Shown piece by piece: positions 1 through 11,407 of a DNA stretch of 64,000 nt. Position numbers and translations under genes: made by a program. A model generated the notes under the pieces. It ran no database searches and was not told where the DNA came from. It saw only the letters and a list, made by a program, of their open reading frames with translations. The stretch covers positions 128,001 through 192,000 of the forward strand of contig CAWANH010000028.1 in NCBI GenBank assembly GCA_963783375.1, given 5' to 3'. This DNA is from Candidatus Eiseniibacteriota bacterium (lineage in GTDB: Bacteria > Eisenbacteria > RBG-16-71-46 > JABDJR01). How positions within the stretch are numbered: position 1 is the first letter of the stretch; each line of letters opens with the position of its first letter.

Positions 1-229
1 CGGGGTCGGTGATCATGAGGTGGGTGGAGAGGTGCAGATCGGTCAGGCGGTCGATGGCCCCGACGATCATCGGCCCGAAGGTGAGGTTGGGAACGTAGTG
101 CCCGTCCATCACGTCCAGGTGCAGGAGGTCGGCGCCCCCCCGCTCCACCGTCCCGATCTCCTCGCCCAGGCGGCTGAAATCGGCGGAGAGGACGGATGGG
201 GCGATGCGCAGACTATCGTGCTCAGCCAT
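1..229 (-). CDS. rpe: ribulose-phosphate 3-epimerase (5' part, runs off window)
   Basis: Manual translation from ATG at 229: [52 protein letters not shown]...THLMI, typical Rpe motifs. Confidence 0.95.
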   Translation of the reverse strand, partial: MAEHDSLRIAPSVLSADFSRLGEEIGTVERGGADLLHLDVMDGHYVPNLTFGPMIVGAIDRLTDLHLSTHLMITDP

Positions 230-280
230 GAAGGCGCTCCTCTGAATGCGTTCCCGGCTCGCCGGCCCGAGGCCGCCCGG

Positions 281-1039
281 TCAATCGCCCGCCAACCGGA
301 TGGCGTCGCCTCGCGACACCCCCGATCCGGGAGGGGGATCGGTGGAGACGATCCGCCGCCGGGCGAAACTGTAGGGGTCTTCGTCGTCGAGGATCACCTT
401 GAACCCGGCGAAGCGGAGCTTGTCCGCGGTGAGCTGGAGTTCCTCACCCCGGAGATCCGGCAGGATCCAGGTGGCGGCCGGAGGGCCGTCGCTCACCAGA
501 AGGCTCACCCGCGCTCCGGCATCCACCTCGACCCCGCCGGCCGGATCGCTGGCCATGACCAGATTTCGGGGGACGTCCCGCGAGGGCACCCGGAGAACGT
601 CCCCGAGCAGATAGCCGTCCTGCCCGAGGGCGAGGCGCGCGAACCTGAGAGTCTGCCCCTCTACCGCGGGGAGGTGCTCCTCACGACGCCCCGCGCTCAC
701 CACCAGGCGAACTCCCCGGTCGGGCTTGATCCGGGTCCCCCCGCGGGGATCCTGCTCCAACACCGTGCCCCGGGGAACGCTCGGGTCGGTCCGGTTCACG
801 GTGTCCCGGACCGCAAGCCGCGCCTGGCTCAGGAGCGACCGGGCGTCGGCCAGGGACCTGCCGGTCACCTCCGGGATCTCGATCTCCTGACCGTGCCGGA
901 CGAAACGGGGCATGACCACGTAGTTGAAAACCGCCGCCGCGGCCAGGAAGGCGAGAAACACGGGCACCACCACCCGCAACAATCGGAGGCCCCACGTGCG
1001 AAGCGCGTCTGGCGCTGGATGTCCGCCGGATTCGGTCAC
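281..1039 (-). CDS. membrane-anchored PASTA-domain protein (about 3 PASTA repeats, no kinase domain)
   Basis: N-terminal TM, then repeats IPEVTGRSLADA..VLEQDP..G / LPAVEGQTL..VMASDP / LPDLRGEEL..IVSTDP. Confidence 0.85.
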   Translation of the reverse strand: MTESGGHPAPDALRTWGLRLLRVVVPVFLAFLAAAAVFNYVVMPRFVRHGQEIEIPEVTGRSLADARSLLSQARLAVRDTVNRTDPSVPRGTVLEQDPRGGTRIKPDRGVRLVVSAGRREEHLPAVEGQTLRFARLALGQDGYLLGDVLRVPSRDVPRNLVMASDPAGGVEVDAGARVSLLVSDGPPAATWILPDLRGEELQLTADKLRFAGFKVILDDEDPYSFARRRIVSTDPPPGSGVSRGDAIRLAGD

Positions 1040-1068
1040 GGTTCGCGATCACTCCCTGGTAAAGCGCC

Positions 1069-2454
1069 TCATCCCTTTCGCCGCATCCGCGCGGCGAAGG
1101 ACCCGTCGGTCCCATGACGATGAGGGTAGAGGAGAACACACCCGTCCGTCACCGCCTCGGAAGGCACGAACTCCGACGCGTCCTGGAGCTCGTAATCGGG
1201 TCGATCACCCAGGAACCTTTCCACCTGCTCGAAACCTTCCTCCGGCTCGGTGCTGCACACGCTGTATACCAGCACCCCACCCGGGCGGACGTGGGACGCC
1301 CCCGCCCGAAGGAGGCCCCGCTCCAACACGGCCAGGCTCCGGAGCGACGTCTCGGTCTTCCGCCAGCGGGCGTCGGCGCGGCGGCCGAGCACCCCCAGAC
1401 CGCTGCAGGGGGCGTCCACCAGGACCCGGTCCACCGGGCGCGCCAGGCCCAGGGCCTGTCCGTCGGCGCAGACGATGGCCAGGTTCTCGACCCCCATCCG
1501 CACCCGGTTCTCCCTCACCCGGGCCAGCCGGTTCATCACCGTGTCCACCGCGATCAGGAGCCCCTTGGAACTCCGCCCTTCCTGGATCTGGGTGGCCTTC
1601 CCGCCCGGGGCGGCGGCGAGATCGAGCACGGTCTCCCCGGGCTCGGCCCCCAGAAGCTCGCCCACCAGGGTCTCGCTCTCGTCCTGCACGAAGAAATAGC
1701 CCTTCTCGAATTCGGGGAGGCCGGCCAGGACCAGGTTCCCCGCGACGCGCAGGGAGAGCCGGCTCAAGGGCGATGCCTCGGTGGCCACTCCGCGCGCGGC
1801 CAGGGCCCGGCGCAGGGTTTCGCGGTCGGTTCGCATGGGGTTCACCCGGAGCACCATCGGCCGGGGCTGATTGTTGGCGAGCATCAGCGCCCGCGTCTCC
1901 TCCTCCCCCAGCCGGCGAACCCAGCGCTCGACCAGCCAGCGGGGGTGGGAGCCCACCACCGACAGCGCCGCCGCCTTGTCCTCGATCACCCGCTCGGGGT
2001 CGGGGACCTCGCCCCCCTCACGGAGGATCTTCCGGAGCACGCCGTTCACCAGCCCCGCCGCCCCGGGGTTCGCGTAGCGCTTGGTCAGGATCACCGCCTC
2101 GTCCACCGCGGCGTGGGGAGGAATGCGGTCGAGAAAGAGGATCTGGTAGACCGCCATCCGCAGGATGTTCATGACCCAGGGATTCAGGGTGTCGAGGCCG
2201 GCCCGCACGAAGCGCTCCAGGATCCAGTCCAGCCGGGCCCGCCAGCGGAGCGTGCCGTTCACCAACTCGGTGGCGAAGGCGGCGTCCCGGGGGGAAAGGG
2301 GCTGCTGCTTGAGCTCCCGGTTGAGGAGGAGGTCGGCGAAGGCCTTGCGGGTGTCCACGTGGTAGAGCACGCCGAGGGCGATCTCGCGCGCGGACTTCGG
2401 ACGGGGTGGACGCTTCTGACGGGCGCGACCGCCCCCGGTGGGGCGGGCGCTCAT
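1069..2454 (-). CDS. rsmB: 16S rRNA (cytosine967-C5)-methyltransferase with NusB-like N-domain
   Basis: VLDLAAAPGGKA, VLVDAPCSGLG, LVYSVCS motifs; start at ATG 2454 overlapping the fmt stop (ORF track over-extends). Confidence 0.93.
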   Translation of the reverse strand: MSARPTGGGRARQKRPPRPKSAREIALGVLYHVDTRKAFADLLLNRELKQQPLSPRDAAFATELVNGTLRWRARLDWILERFVRAGLDTLNPWVMNILRMAVYQILFLDRIPPHAAVDEAVILTKRYANPGAAGLVNGVLRKILREGGEVPDPERVIEDKAAALSVVGSHPRWLVERWVRRLGEEETRALMLANNQPRPMVLRVNPMRTDRETLRRALAARGVATEASPLSRLSLRVAGNLVLAGLPEFEKGYFFVQDESETLVGELLGAEPGETVLDLAAAPGGKATQIQEGRSSKGLLIAVDTVMNRLARVRENRVRMGVENLAIVCADGQALGLARPVDRVLVDAPCSGLGVLGRRADARWRKTETSLRSLAVLERGLLRAGASHVRPGGVLVYSVCSTEPEEGFEQVERFLGDRPDYELQDASEFVPSEAVTDGCVLLYPHRHGTDGSFAARMRRKG

Positions 2455-3425
2455 CGGGCCACCGCGGTCCGAAGGCTCAGATCGGGCGCCTCGGGAGGAG
2501 CGGTCAATCGGTCCCCGGGCGATAGGTTGCGTCCCCGGGCGAAGGCCGCCCCTTCCATGTCCCCTTTTCCCGGTGGCCGCACCTGGAGGAGGTCCACCGC
2601 TCCCCGGCCCGCGGCAACCCGCAAATGTCGGTGCGCGATCTCGAGCACGGTGTAGGGCGTCCCCGAGGCCTCGGGGACCGCGCGCGCCGCGCTCACCCCG
2701 ATCGCCTCGCCGCCGAGGAACACCCGGGCGCCCGGCGCCGGCGTGGTTCCCCGAAACTGGTTCAGCACGTCTTCGGCGGTGCGGGAGAAATCCAGGTGCC
2801 CGTGCTCGCGCTCGAGGCGCGGCGCGTAGCTCGCCCCTTCCTCGGGTTGGGGAAGCGAGCGCAACGCCCCTTCCGCGAGCCCCCGCAGGGTCTCGACCAG
2901 GAGCCCCCCGCCGGCCTCGGAGAGCCGGACCAGGAGTTCGCCCGCGGTCTCGAGCGGCCGCACCTCCAGCACCCGTCGTTCCAGGATGGGACCGGTGTCC
3001 ACGCCTTCGTCCATCAGCATGGTGGTGACCCCGGTGGTCCGCCGGCCGTGGATGAGGCTCCACTGAACCGGGGCCACCCCGCGGTAGGCGGGGAGAAGCG
3101 ATGCGTGCACGTTGACCGCGCCCAGCCGTCCCAGGGTGAGAAGCGGCCGTTTGAGGATGGCGCCGAAAGCGGTCACCACCACCACGTCGGGGGCCAGGGC
3201 CCGGAGCGCGTCCACCGAGGCCGCATCGTTGACCCGGGTCGGCTGGAGAACGGTGAGGCCGAGGGTCTCCGCCGTTTCCTTGACCGGAGGCGGGGCGAGC
3301 TTCCGTCCCCGCCCGGCGGGCTTGTCGGGACGTGTCACCACCGCGGCGACCTCGTGCCCCGCCTCCACCAGCGCGGTGAGGCTCGGGCAGGCGAACCCCG
3401 GAGTCCCCATGAACACGACCCGCAT
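2451..3425 (-). CDS. fmt: methionyl-tRNA formyltransferase
   Basis: MRVVFMGTP, NVHASLLPAYRG, MDEGVDTG motifs. Confidence 0.97.
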   Translation of the reverse strand: MRVVFMGTPGFACPSLTALVEAGHEVAAVVTRPDKPAGRGRKLAPPPVKETAETLGLTVLQPTRVNDAASVDALRALAPDVVVVTAFGAILKRPLLTLGRLGAVNVHASLLPAYRGVAPVQWSLIHGRRTTGVTTMLMDEGVDTGPILERRVLEVRPLETAGELLVRLSEAGGGLLVETLRGLAEGALRSLPQPEEGASYAPRLEREHGHLDFSRTAEDVLNQFRGTTPAPGARVFLGGEAIGVSAARAVPEASGTPYTVLEIAHRHLRVAAGRGAVDLLQVRPPGKGDMEGAAFARGRNLSPGDRLTAPPEAPDLSLRTAVAR

Positions 3426-3434
3426 AACGATCCC

Positions 3435-3962
3435 CTACTCCCCGGTGTCGAGCTGCCCGGCGGCCAGCTTCTTGAGTTTCTTGGCCAGGAGGCTCCGGCG
3501 CACCGGGCTCAGCCGGTCCACGAAGAGCACGCCGTTCAGGTGGTCGATCTCGTGCTGGACCGCGCGGGAGAGGAGCTGGGTGCACTCGAAGGAAATCGGC
3601 TGCCCGTCCAGGTCCAGCGCCTCCACCCGAAGCCAGTCATGGCGGGTGACGTCTTCCCGGAACCCGGGCACGCTCAGGCATCCCTCGGTCGCCTTCTGGG
3701 TATCCTTGAATTCGAGGATGCGGGGGTTGATGAGGGTGCCGGTGAAGTTCCCCCCGTCCTCCAGGGGCACGTCGAAGACGGCGATCCGGCGACTCACCCC
3801 GATTTGCGGGCCGGCCAGGCCCACCCCTTCCTCCTCGTACATCACCTGGAACATCCGCTCGGCAAGCTCCTTCAACTCGGGTCCGAACTCCGTGATCTCC
3901 TCGGAGCGGCTGCGGAGCACCGGGTCGCCGTAGATTCTGAGCTTGAGTTCCTCGAGGCTCAT
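3435..3962 (-). CDS. def: peptide deformylase
   Basis: GVGLAGPQIG, EGCLSVPG, QHEIDHLNG motifs. Confidence 0.97.
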   Translation of the reverse strand: MSLEELKLRIYGDPVLRSRSEEITEFGPELKELAERMFQVMYEEEGVGLAGPQIGVSRRIAVFDVPLEDGGNFTGTLINPRILEFKDTQKATEGCLSVPGFREDVTRHDWLRVEALDLDGQPISFECTQLLSRAVQHEIDHLNGVLFVDRLSPVRRSLLAKKLKKLAAGQLDTGE

Positions 3963-4291
3963 CAGGCCTCCCGGCCCTTCTGGACCACGCTGGAGATGGA
4001 CGATTTCAGCACCTCGACCTTCACCTGGTCGGCGATCTTCAGCACCGCCACGTTGTCCTTGAGGCCGACCACGGTGCCGAAGAGGCCGCCGTTGGTGAGA
4101 ACGCGGTCCCCCTGCTTCAGGGCCTCGAGCATGCGGGCCATGTCCCGCTGGCGCTTGTTCTGGGGCCGGATCACCAGGAAGTAGAAGATCGCGAAGATGA
4201 GGATGATGGGAAGCAGGGTGATGATCATGCTCCCGCCGCCTCCACCGCCTCCCGATCCCTGGGGGGGAGCCATCAACAAAATGGGTTGCAT
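3962..4291 (-). CDS. yajC: preprotein translocase subunit YajC
   Basis: IFYFLVIRPQNKRQ...LKQGDRVLTNGGLFGTV; follows tgt. Confidence 0.95.
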   Translation of the reverse strand: MQPILLMAPPQGSGGGGGGGSMIITLLPIILIFAIFYFLVIRPQNKRQRDMARMLEALKQGDRVLTNGGLFGTVVGLKDNVAVLKIADQVKVEVLKSSISSVVQKGREA

Positions 4292-4363
4292 CTCTGTCTG
4301 GCCTCTTGGTTCTTTCCGCCCGGCTGCGGTCGGGCGAGGGTTATGTCCGCCGGGGGCCGCCGC

Positions 4364-6626
<2,263 letters not shown>

Positions 6627-6752
6627 AGCCCGGGTCCTGGCGCCGGAGCGGGTTCAGGGTCACGCTCGGAGCCAGCATGGTAGCCAAGGGGAGGGTGGCG
6701 GTCCACCCCTTCCCTCGAGTAGCCGGGGCTCCCCGGAGGACCCCCGGCCGCG

Positions 6753-7790
6753 CTACGAGGCCTCGAAGATGTCCCGCTGGGGGACGGGTCCGCCGCCGCG
6801 CGTGATCCCCAGATGCCGGTAGGCGCGGTCGGTGGCCACCCGGCCCCGCGGGGTGCGTTCGATGAACCCCTGCTGGAGGAGGAAGGGTTCGTAGACGTCT
6901 TCCAGGGTTTCGGGTTCCTCGCTCACCGTGGCGGCCAGGGTGCCGAGACCGGTGGGGCCGCCGCCGTACTTGGTGATGAGGGCTTCGAGATACCGGCGGT
7001 CCATGGGGTCGAGGCCCAGGGTGTCCACCTGGAGGAGGTCGAGGGCGGCGGTGGCGACCTCAGCGGTGATGACGCCGTCGGCGCGAACCTGGGCGTAGTC
7101 GCGGATCCGGCGGAGGAGGCGGTTGGCGATCCGCGGGGTGCCGCGGGAGCGGCGGGCCACCTCGGTCCGGCCCGAGGCGTCGATCCGGACGTCGAGGATC
7201 CCCGCGGTGCGATCCACGATCACCTCCAGCTCCTCGGGGCGATAGTAGTCCAGCCGGTGGATCATGCCGAAGCGGGCGCGAAGCGGTGAGGTGAGGAGAC
7301 CGGCCCGGGTAGTGGCGCCGATCAGGGTGAAGGGGGAGAGCGCCAGCCGCACCGAACGGGCGCCGGGCCCGCGGTCGATCATGATGTCGAGGTTGTAGTC
7401 CTCCATGGCCGGGTAGAGGTACTCCTCGATCGAGGGATGGAGACGGTGAACCTCGTCGATGAAGAGGATCCCGCGTTCGCCGAGGTTGGTGAGGAGGCCG
7501 GCCAGGTCGCCCGGCCGCTCCAGCACCGGGCCCGAGGTATAGATGATGGGAACGTCGAGTTCGGCGGCCACGATGGCGGCGAGGGTGGTCTTGCCCAGCC
7601 CCGGCGGGCCGTAGAGAAGCAGGTGGTCCACGGCCTCCCCGCGGGCGCGGGCCGCCTCCAGGGCGATCCGGAGGTTCTCGCGAAGCCCGTCCTGGCCCAC
7701 GAAGTCGTCCAGCCGGCGGGGCCGGAGCGAGGTGTCGAGGCCGGACTCCTCGACCTGGAGAATGGGATCGGTGATGCCGCGAGAGGTCAT
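6753..7790 (-). CDS. ruvB: Holliday junction branch migration helicase RuvB
   Basis: [37 protein letters not shown]; start placed at ATG 7790. Confidence 0.96.
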   Translation of the reverse strand: MTSRGITDPILQVEESGLDTSLRPRRLDDFVGQDGLRENLRIALEAARARGEAVDHLLLYGPPGLGKTTLAAIVAAELDVPIIYTSGPVLERPGDLAGLLTNLGERGILFIDEVHRLHPSIEEYLYPAMEDYNLDIMIDRGPGARSVRLALSPFTLIGATTRAGLLTSPLRARFGMIHRLDYYRPEELEVIVDRTAGILDVRIDASGRTEVARRSRGTPRIANRLLRRIRDYAQVRADGVITAEVATAALDLLQVDTLGLDPMDRRYLEALITKYGGGPTGLGTLAATVSEEPETLEDVYEPFLLQQGFIERTPRGRVATDRAYRHLGITRGGGPVPQRDIFEAS

Positions 7791-7997
7791 GGATTCCTCG
7801 GGAGGGTGAAACCGTATCAACGCTAGCACAGGGAATGGGCACCCACAACGGGCGGAGACCCCGGCAGGGGTCCGCGGCGCCGCGCGCCGGGGACGGCGGC
7901 GCCCGGCCAGAGAGCCGGAGCGGCGCCCCGCGCGGCCGTCGGGCCCGGGCCCGGGAGAGCTTCTGCTAGACTCCAGGGCGAAGGACGTCACCAACCC

Positions 7998-8315
7998 ATG
8001 GAAATGCGCTTGAAAGGACCGGGATCGACGTTGAGCAAGACGCAGTCCGGCGGCGGAACTCCAGAGCCGCTTTCGGAGGAGGCGCGGATCGAGACCCTGA
8101 AGATCCGGCGCCTTCGCACCCTTGTCGACCTGGCCTCGAGCCTTCTTCGCCAGACCGACATGCCGCTGACCGAGGCGGTGCGGCTGGTGCAGGCGGTGCG
8201 GAAGCAGGCGCTCGATCTCTTCCCGGGGAAGGAACGCACCTTCGATCTCATCTACGCCCCCCGGTTCGCGCGCATCCTCCGGGAGAAGTACGGGATCGAA
8301 TCCGAGGCGGGGTGA
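7998..8315 (+). CDS. small helical hypothetical protein
   Basis: Protein-like composition, divergent from ruvB, motif [21 protein letters not shown]. Confidence 0.65.
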   Translation: MEMRLKGPGSTLSKTQSGGGTPEPLSEEARIETLKIRRLRTLVDLASSLLRQTDMPLTEAVRLVQAVRKQALDLFPGKERTFDLIYAPRFARILREKYGIESEAG

Positions 8316-8319
8316 CCGC

Positions 8320-8967
8320 TCAACCCAGGAGCAGCCGCTCCAACTCCTCCGGGGAGCGGACCAGCACCAGGGCCTCGAACTCCTCGAACTCGCGCGGCGG
8401 ATGGGTGCCCCAGAGCACGGTCACCACCGCGACCCCGGCCCCCCGGCCCGCCCGCACGTCGAGGGGACTGTCCCCGATGTAGACCGCGTCCTCGGGACGG
8501 GCCCCGGTGTGCTCCAGGATGCGGAGTATGCCGTGGGGGGCGGGCTTGGATTCCGGCACCTCCTCACCGGTCACCGTGAACTCGAAGAGCCCGGCGAGAC
8601 CCATGGTCCCGAGGATCCGATCGGTGCTGGGCCGGCCCCGGCCGGTGAAGAGGGCGGTCCGCCGGCCGGCGGCGCGGAGCCGCTCGATCAGCTCCACCAT
8701 GCCCGGAAAGGGGCCCAGCCCCTTGAACCGGCGCTCGTAGGAGGCATAGAGCCGCGCGACCGCCTCCGCCGCGCGTTCGGGCCCCACCCAATCGGCGATG
8801 ATCTCCTGATCCGCGGGACCCATCCGGGCCAGGATCTCGTCCTGGTCGGGGACGTAGCCCAGGGCGGGGCCGAGAGCGTCCTGGAAGGCCCTGAAGGTGG
8901 CGTCCATGGTGTCCACCACGGTGCCGTCCAGATCGAAAATGACGAGGGAGCGCGGCGGCTGGTTCAT
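8320..8967 (-). CDS. HAD-family hydrolase (phosphoglycolate phosphatase/PpaX-like)
   Basis: VIFDLDGT motif [13 protein letters not shown] motif IV; start placed at ATG 8967. Confidence 0.88.
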   Translation of the reverse strand: MNQPPRSLVIFDLDGTVVDTMDATFRAFQDALGPALGYVPDQDEILARMGPADQEIIADWVGPERAAEAVARLYASYERRFKGLGPFPGMVELIERLRAAGRRTALFTGRGRPSTDRILGTMGLAGLFEFTVTGEEVPESKPAPHGILRILEHTGARPEDAVYIGDSPLDVRAGRGAGVAVVTVLWGTHPPREFEEFEALVLVRSPEELERLLLG

Positions 8968-9055
8968 GGCGCACAAGTGGAACGGAGACGGCGAGGCCCC
9001 GTCAAGCCGTTGCGAAATCGTGCTGGAAACCGTTGCCCCATAGCGAGTTAACCGG

Positions 9056-9084
9056 TTGACAGTCCGGGGCGGTCTCCCTATAGT
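9056..9084 (+). promoter_or_regulatory. sigma70-type promoter of the NSS transporter
   Basis: TTGACA-17 bp-TATAGT. Confidence 0.7.
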
Positions 9085-9221
9085 GCGCCCAACGTGCCGT
9101 CCCCTCCCATCGACGACGCCGGTCCGGGTCATGCATGGAGCCGCGTCGCGAGGTGGAGCGGATGGCCTCCGCAGCAACGGGTCGATCGATGATCCGGACT
9201 GGAACCCTGGAGGTTCACCCC

Positions 9222-10796
9222 TTGAGCGCCAACGAACGCGGACAATGGAGCTCGCGCGTCGGGTTCATCCTCGCCGCCTCGGGATCGGCCATCGGTCTCG
9301 GCAACATCGTCTTCTTCTCGGCCAACGCCTACAAGTTCGGCGGCGGCGCCTTCTACCTCCCCTACTTCATCGCGCTGTTCGTGATCGGAATCCCGATCAT
9401 GATCCTGGAATTCGGTCTCGGCCACTTCACCCGGCGGGCCTTCCCGGAGTCGCTCCACCGCCTGGCCGGCCGGAAGGGCGAGTTCGTGGGCTGGTGGGCG
9501 CTGATGAACTCGAGCTTCATCACCCTCTACTACATCACCATCCTGGGCTGGGTGATGGGGATGCTGGTGGGGGCCCTGGGGGGACTCTGGAAGGCGTCGT
9601 TCCCCACCCCGGCCTTCGCGACGGAATCGCTCCCCAACCCGTACGGCTATTTCTTCCACATGCTGAGCACCTGGCGGCCGCTCCTCTTCGTGGCCCTGGT
9701 GTGGTTCCTGAACGGGGTCATCGTGCGGAAGGGGGTGGCCACCATCGAGGCCGCGGTGAAGGTCTTCGTTCCGCTCATGTGGATCTTCATGATCGTGCTC
9801 ATCGTGCGCGGGGTGACCCTGCCCGGCGGCATGAACGGGGTGTGGCTGCTGTTCACCCCCGACTTCGAGGTCATGAAGAACCCCGCGGTATGGCAGGGGG
9901 CGTTCAGCCAGATCTTCTTCACCCTGACCCTGGGTTTCGGGGTCATGACCGCCTACGCGTCCTACCTGCCCCGGAACAGCGACCAGACCAACAACGCGCT
10001 CCTGACCTCGCTCATGAACTGCGGGTTCGAGTACATCGCCGGGCTCGCGGTCTTCTCGATCCTCTTCGCCTTCGCCATGGTGCCCCAGGCCAGCACCCTG
10101 GCCATGATGTTCTTCATCGTGCCCAAGGGAATCGCCCAGCTCCCCGGAGGGGACCCGGCGGTTATCGGGTTCGGCCTGGTCTTCTTCCTGCTCCTCCTCC
10201 TGGCCGGGCTCTCGTCTTCGGTCTCGCTGGTGGAGGGCTTGACCTGCTCGTTGATCGACAAGTTCCGCATCCCCCGGATGCGGGCCATCACCATCTTCTG
10301 TATCGTGGGCTTTCTGGGAAGCTCGCTCTTCACCCTCCCCCACGTGGTGAACCCGGGCATCGAGAACGACGGCACCCTGGGGCTTACCCTGCTGGATCTC
10401 ACCGACCACTGGGCCTTCAGCTACGGGCTCCTCATCGTGGGGCTCCTGGAAACGCTGTTGATCGGCTGGGTCTACGGGGTGCGAAAGCTCCGGGAGGACG
10501 TGAACTCCCACTCGCGGCTGCGCCTGGGTGCCTGGTACGACGTGCTGGTGCGCTTCGTGATCCCCGGCCTGATCCTCTTCATCCTGATCTACGGGGTTGT
10601 GGGCGAGGTCACCGGAGGCCTCTACGGGACGAGCTTCGCGCCGAACTTCGCGCGGGGTTGGCATTGGCTGGCCGCATCGCCGTGGGCGGTTCTCTTCCTG
10701 TGGATGGCCATCTCGGTGGGGCTGGCGTTCCTGTTCACCCGCCTGGGAAGCTATCCGCCGCACCGGCCCGGGGAATTGGAAGGAGACGAGTCATGA
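9222..10796 (+). CDS. sodium-dependent amino-acid transporter, neurotransmitter:sodium symporter (NSS/SNF) family
   Basis: RGQWSSRVGFILAASGSAIGLGNI, GGGAFYLPY, QIFFTLTLGFG; about 12 TMs; TTG start at 9222 follows GGAGG (ORF track starts 9135). Confidence 0.92.
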   Translation: MSANERGQWSSRVGFILAASGSAIGLGNIVFFSANAYKFGGGAFYLPYFIALFVIGIPIMILEFGLGHFTRRAFPESLHRLAGRKGEFVGWWALMNSSFITLYYITILGWVMGMLVGALGGLWKASFPTPAFATESLPNPYGYFFHMLSTWRPLLFVALVWFLNGVIVRKGVATIEAAVKVFVPLMWIFMIVLIVRGVTLPGGMNGVWLLFTPDFEVMKNPAVWQGAFSQIFFTLTLGFGVMTAYASYLPRNSDQTNNALLTSLMNCGFEYIAGLAVFSILFAFAMVPQASTLAMMFFIVPKGIAQLPGGDPAVIGFGLVFFLLLLLAGLSSSVSLVEGLTCSLIDKFRIPRMRAITIFCIVGFLGSSLFTLPHVVNPGIENDGTLGLTLLDLTDHWAFSYGLLIVGLLETLLIGWVYGVRKLREDVNSHSRLRLGAWYDVLVRFVIPGLILFILIYGVVGEVTGGLYGTSFAPNFARGWHWLAASPWAVLFLWMAISVGLAFLFTRLGSYPPHRPGELEGDES

Positions 10797-11263
10797 GCCG
10801 GGCGGGCGCGATTCTCGGGATCGTGTTCCTGGCGGGCGCCGCCTGGGGCGCCGCGCCGGCCCGGGCGGACATCGCCGTCTCCCCCGAGGCCCCGGTGGCC
10901 GGCCGGCCGGCCACCGTCGTCGTCACCGCGGACGGAGCACCGGTCGCGGACGCGTCGGTGGAGGCGGTATACCGTCCGGGTAGCGAGGTGTCCCACACCG
11001 AGGCGGTGGGGCGGACCGGACCGGACGGATCGCTTCCCTGGACTCCGGCCGACGCCGGGGTGGTCACCCTGCGGTCCACCCCTCCCGCCCCCACGGGGAC
11101 CGAGCCCGCGGTGGAGACGCGGAACCTGTCCGTCCGCTTCCAGGGGGCCCCGCCCCTCGGGGTGGTCATCATGATCCTGGCCGGGGTGATCCTCTACGGG
11201 GGGGTGATCCTGGGTTTCCGTAGGCTGGGGCAGGCCCCGACCGGGCTTCGGCCCGATACGTAG
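10793..11263 (+). CDS. exported Ig-like protein with C-terminal TM resembling the MetS NSS small subunit
   Basis: ATGA overlap with the transporter stop; signal peptide ending ARA; C-terminus GVVIMILAGVILYGGVILGFRRL. Confidence 0.7.
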   Translation: MSRAGAILGIVFLAGAAWGAAPARADIAVSPEAPVAGRPATVVVTADGAPVADASVEAVYRPGSEVSHTEAVGRTGPDGSLPWTPADAGVVTLRSTPPAPTGTEPAVETRNLSVRFQGAPPLGVVIMILAGVILYGGVILGFRRLGQAPTGLRPDT

Positions 11264-11407
11264 AATCCCCGGCCGGCGAGCGCGCCGGCCCGGATCCGGC
11301 GACCGGATACATGGAGGCCCGGGGCCATCGGCCCCGGGCCTCGCTTTCATCCTTCGGTCGCCCCCGTCCACCCGCCTCCCCTTACGGGAGCGGGCGGACG
11401 CTCGCCG

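Noticed and set aside
281-1039. PASTA protein as a truncated Ser/Thr kinase pseudogene
   Set aside because: The ORF is intact with its own TM anchor and there is no kinase remnant between it and rsmB; kinase-less PASTA proteins are a known class.
9119-9202. Calling the NSS leader a SAM-I riboswitch
   Set aside because: Only partial resemblance; canonical P1 AUC, P3 and P4 elements are not evident, so it is not annotated as a feature.
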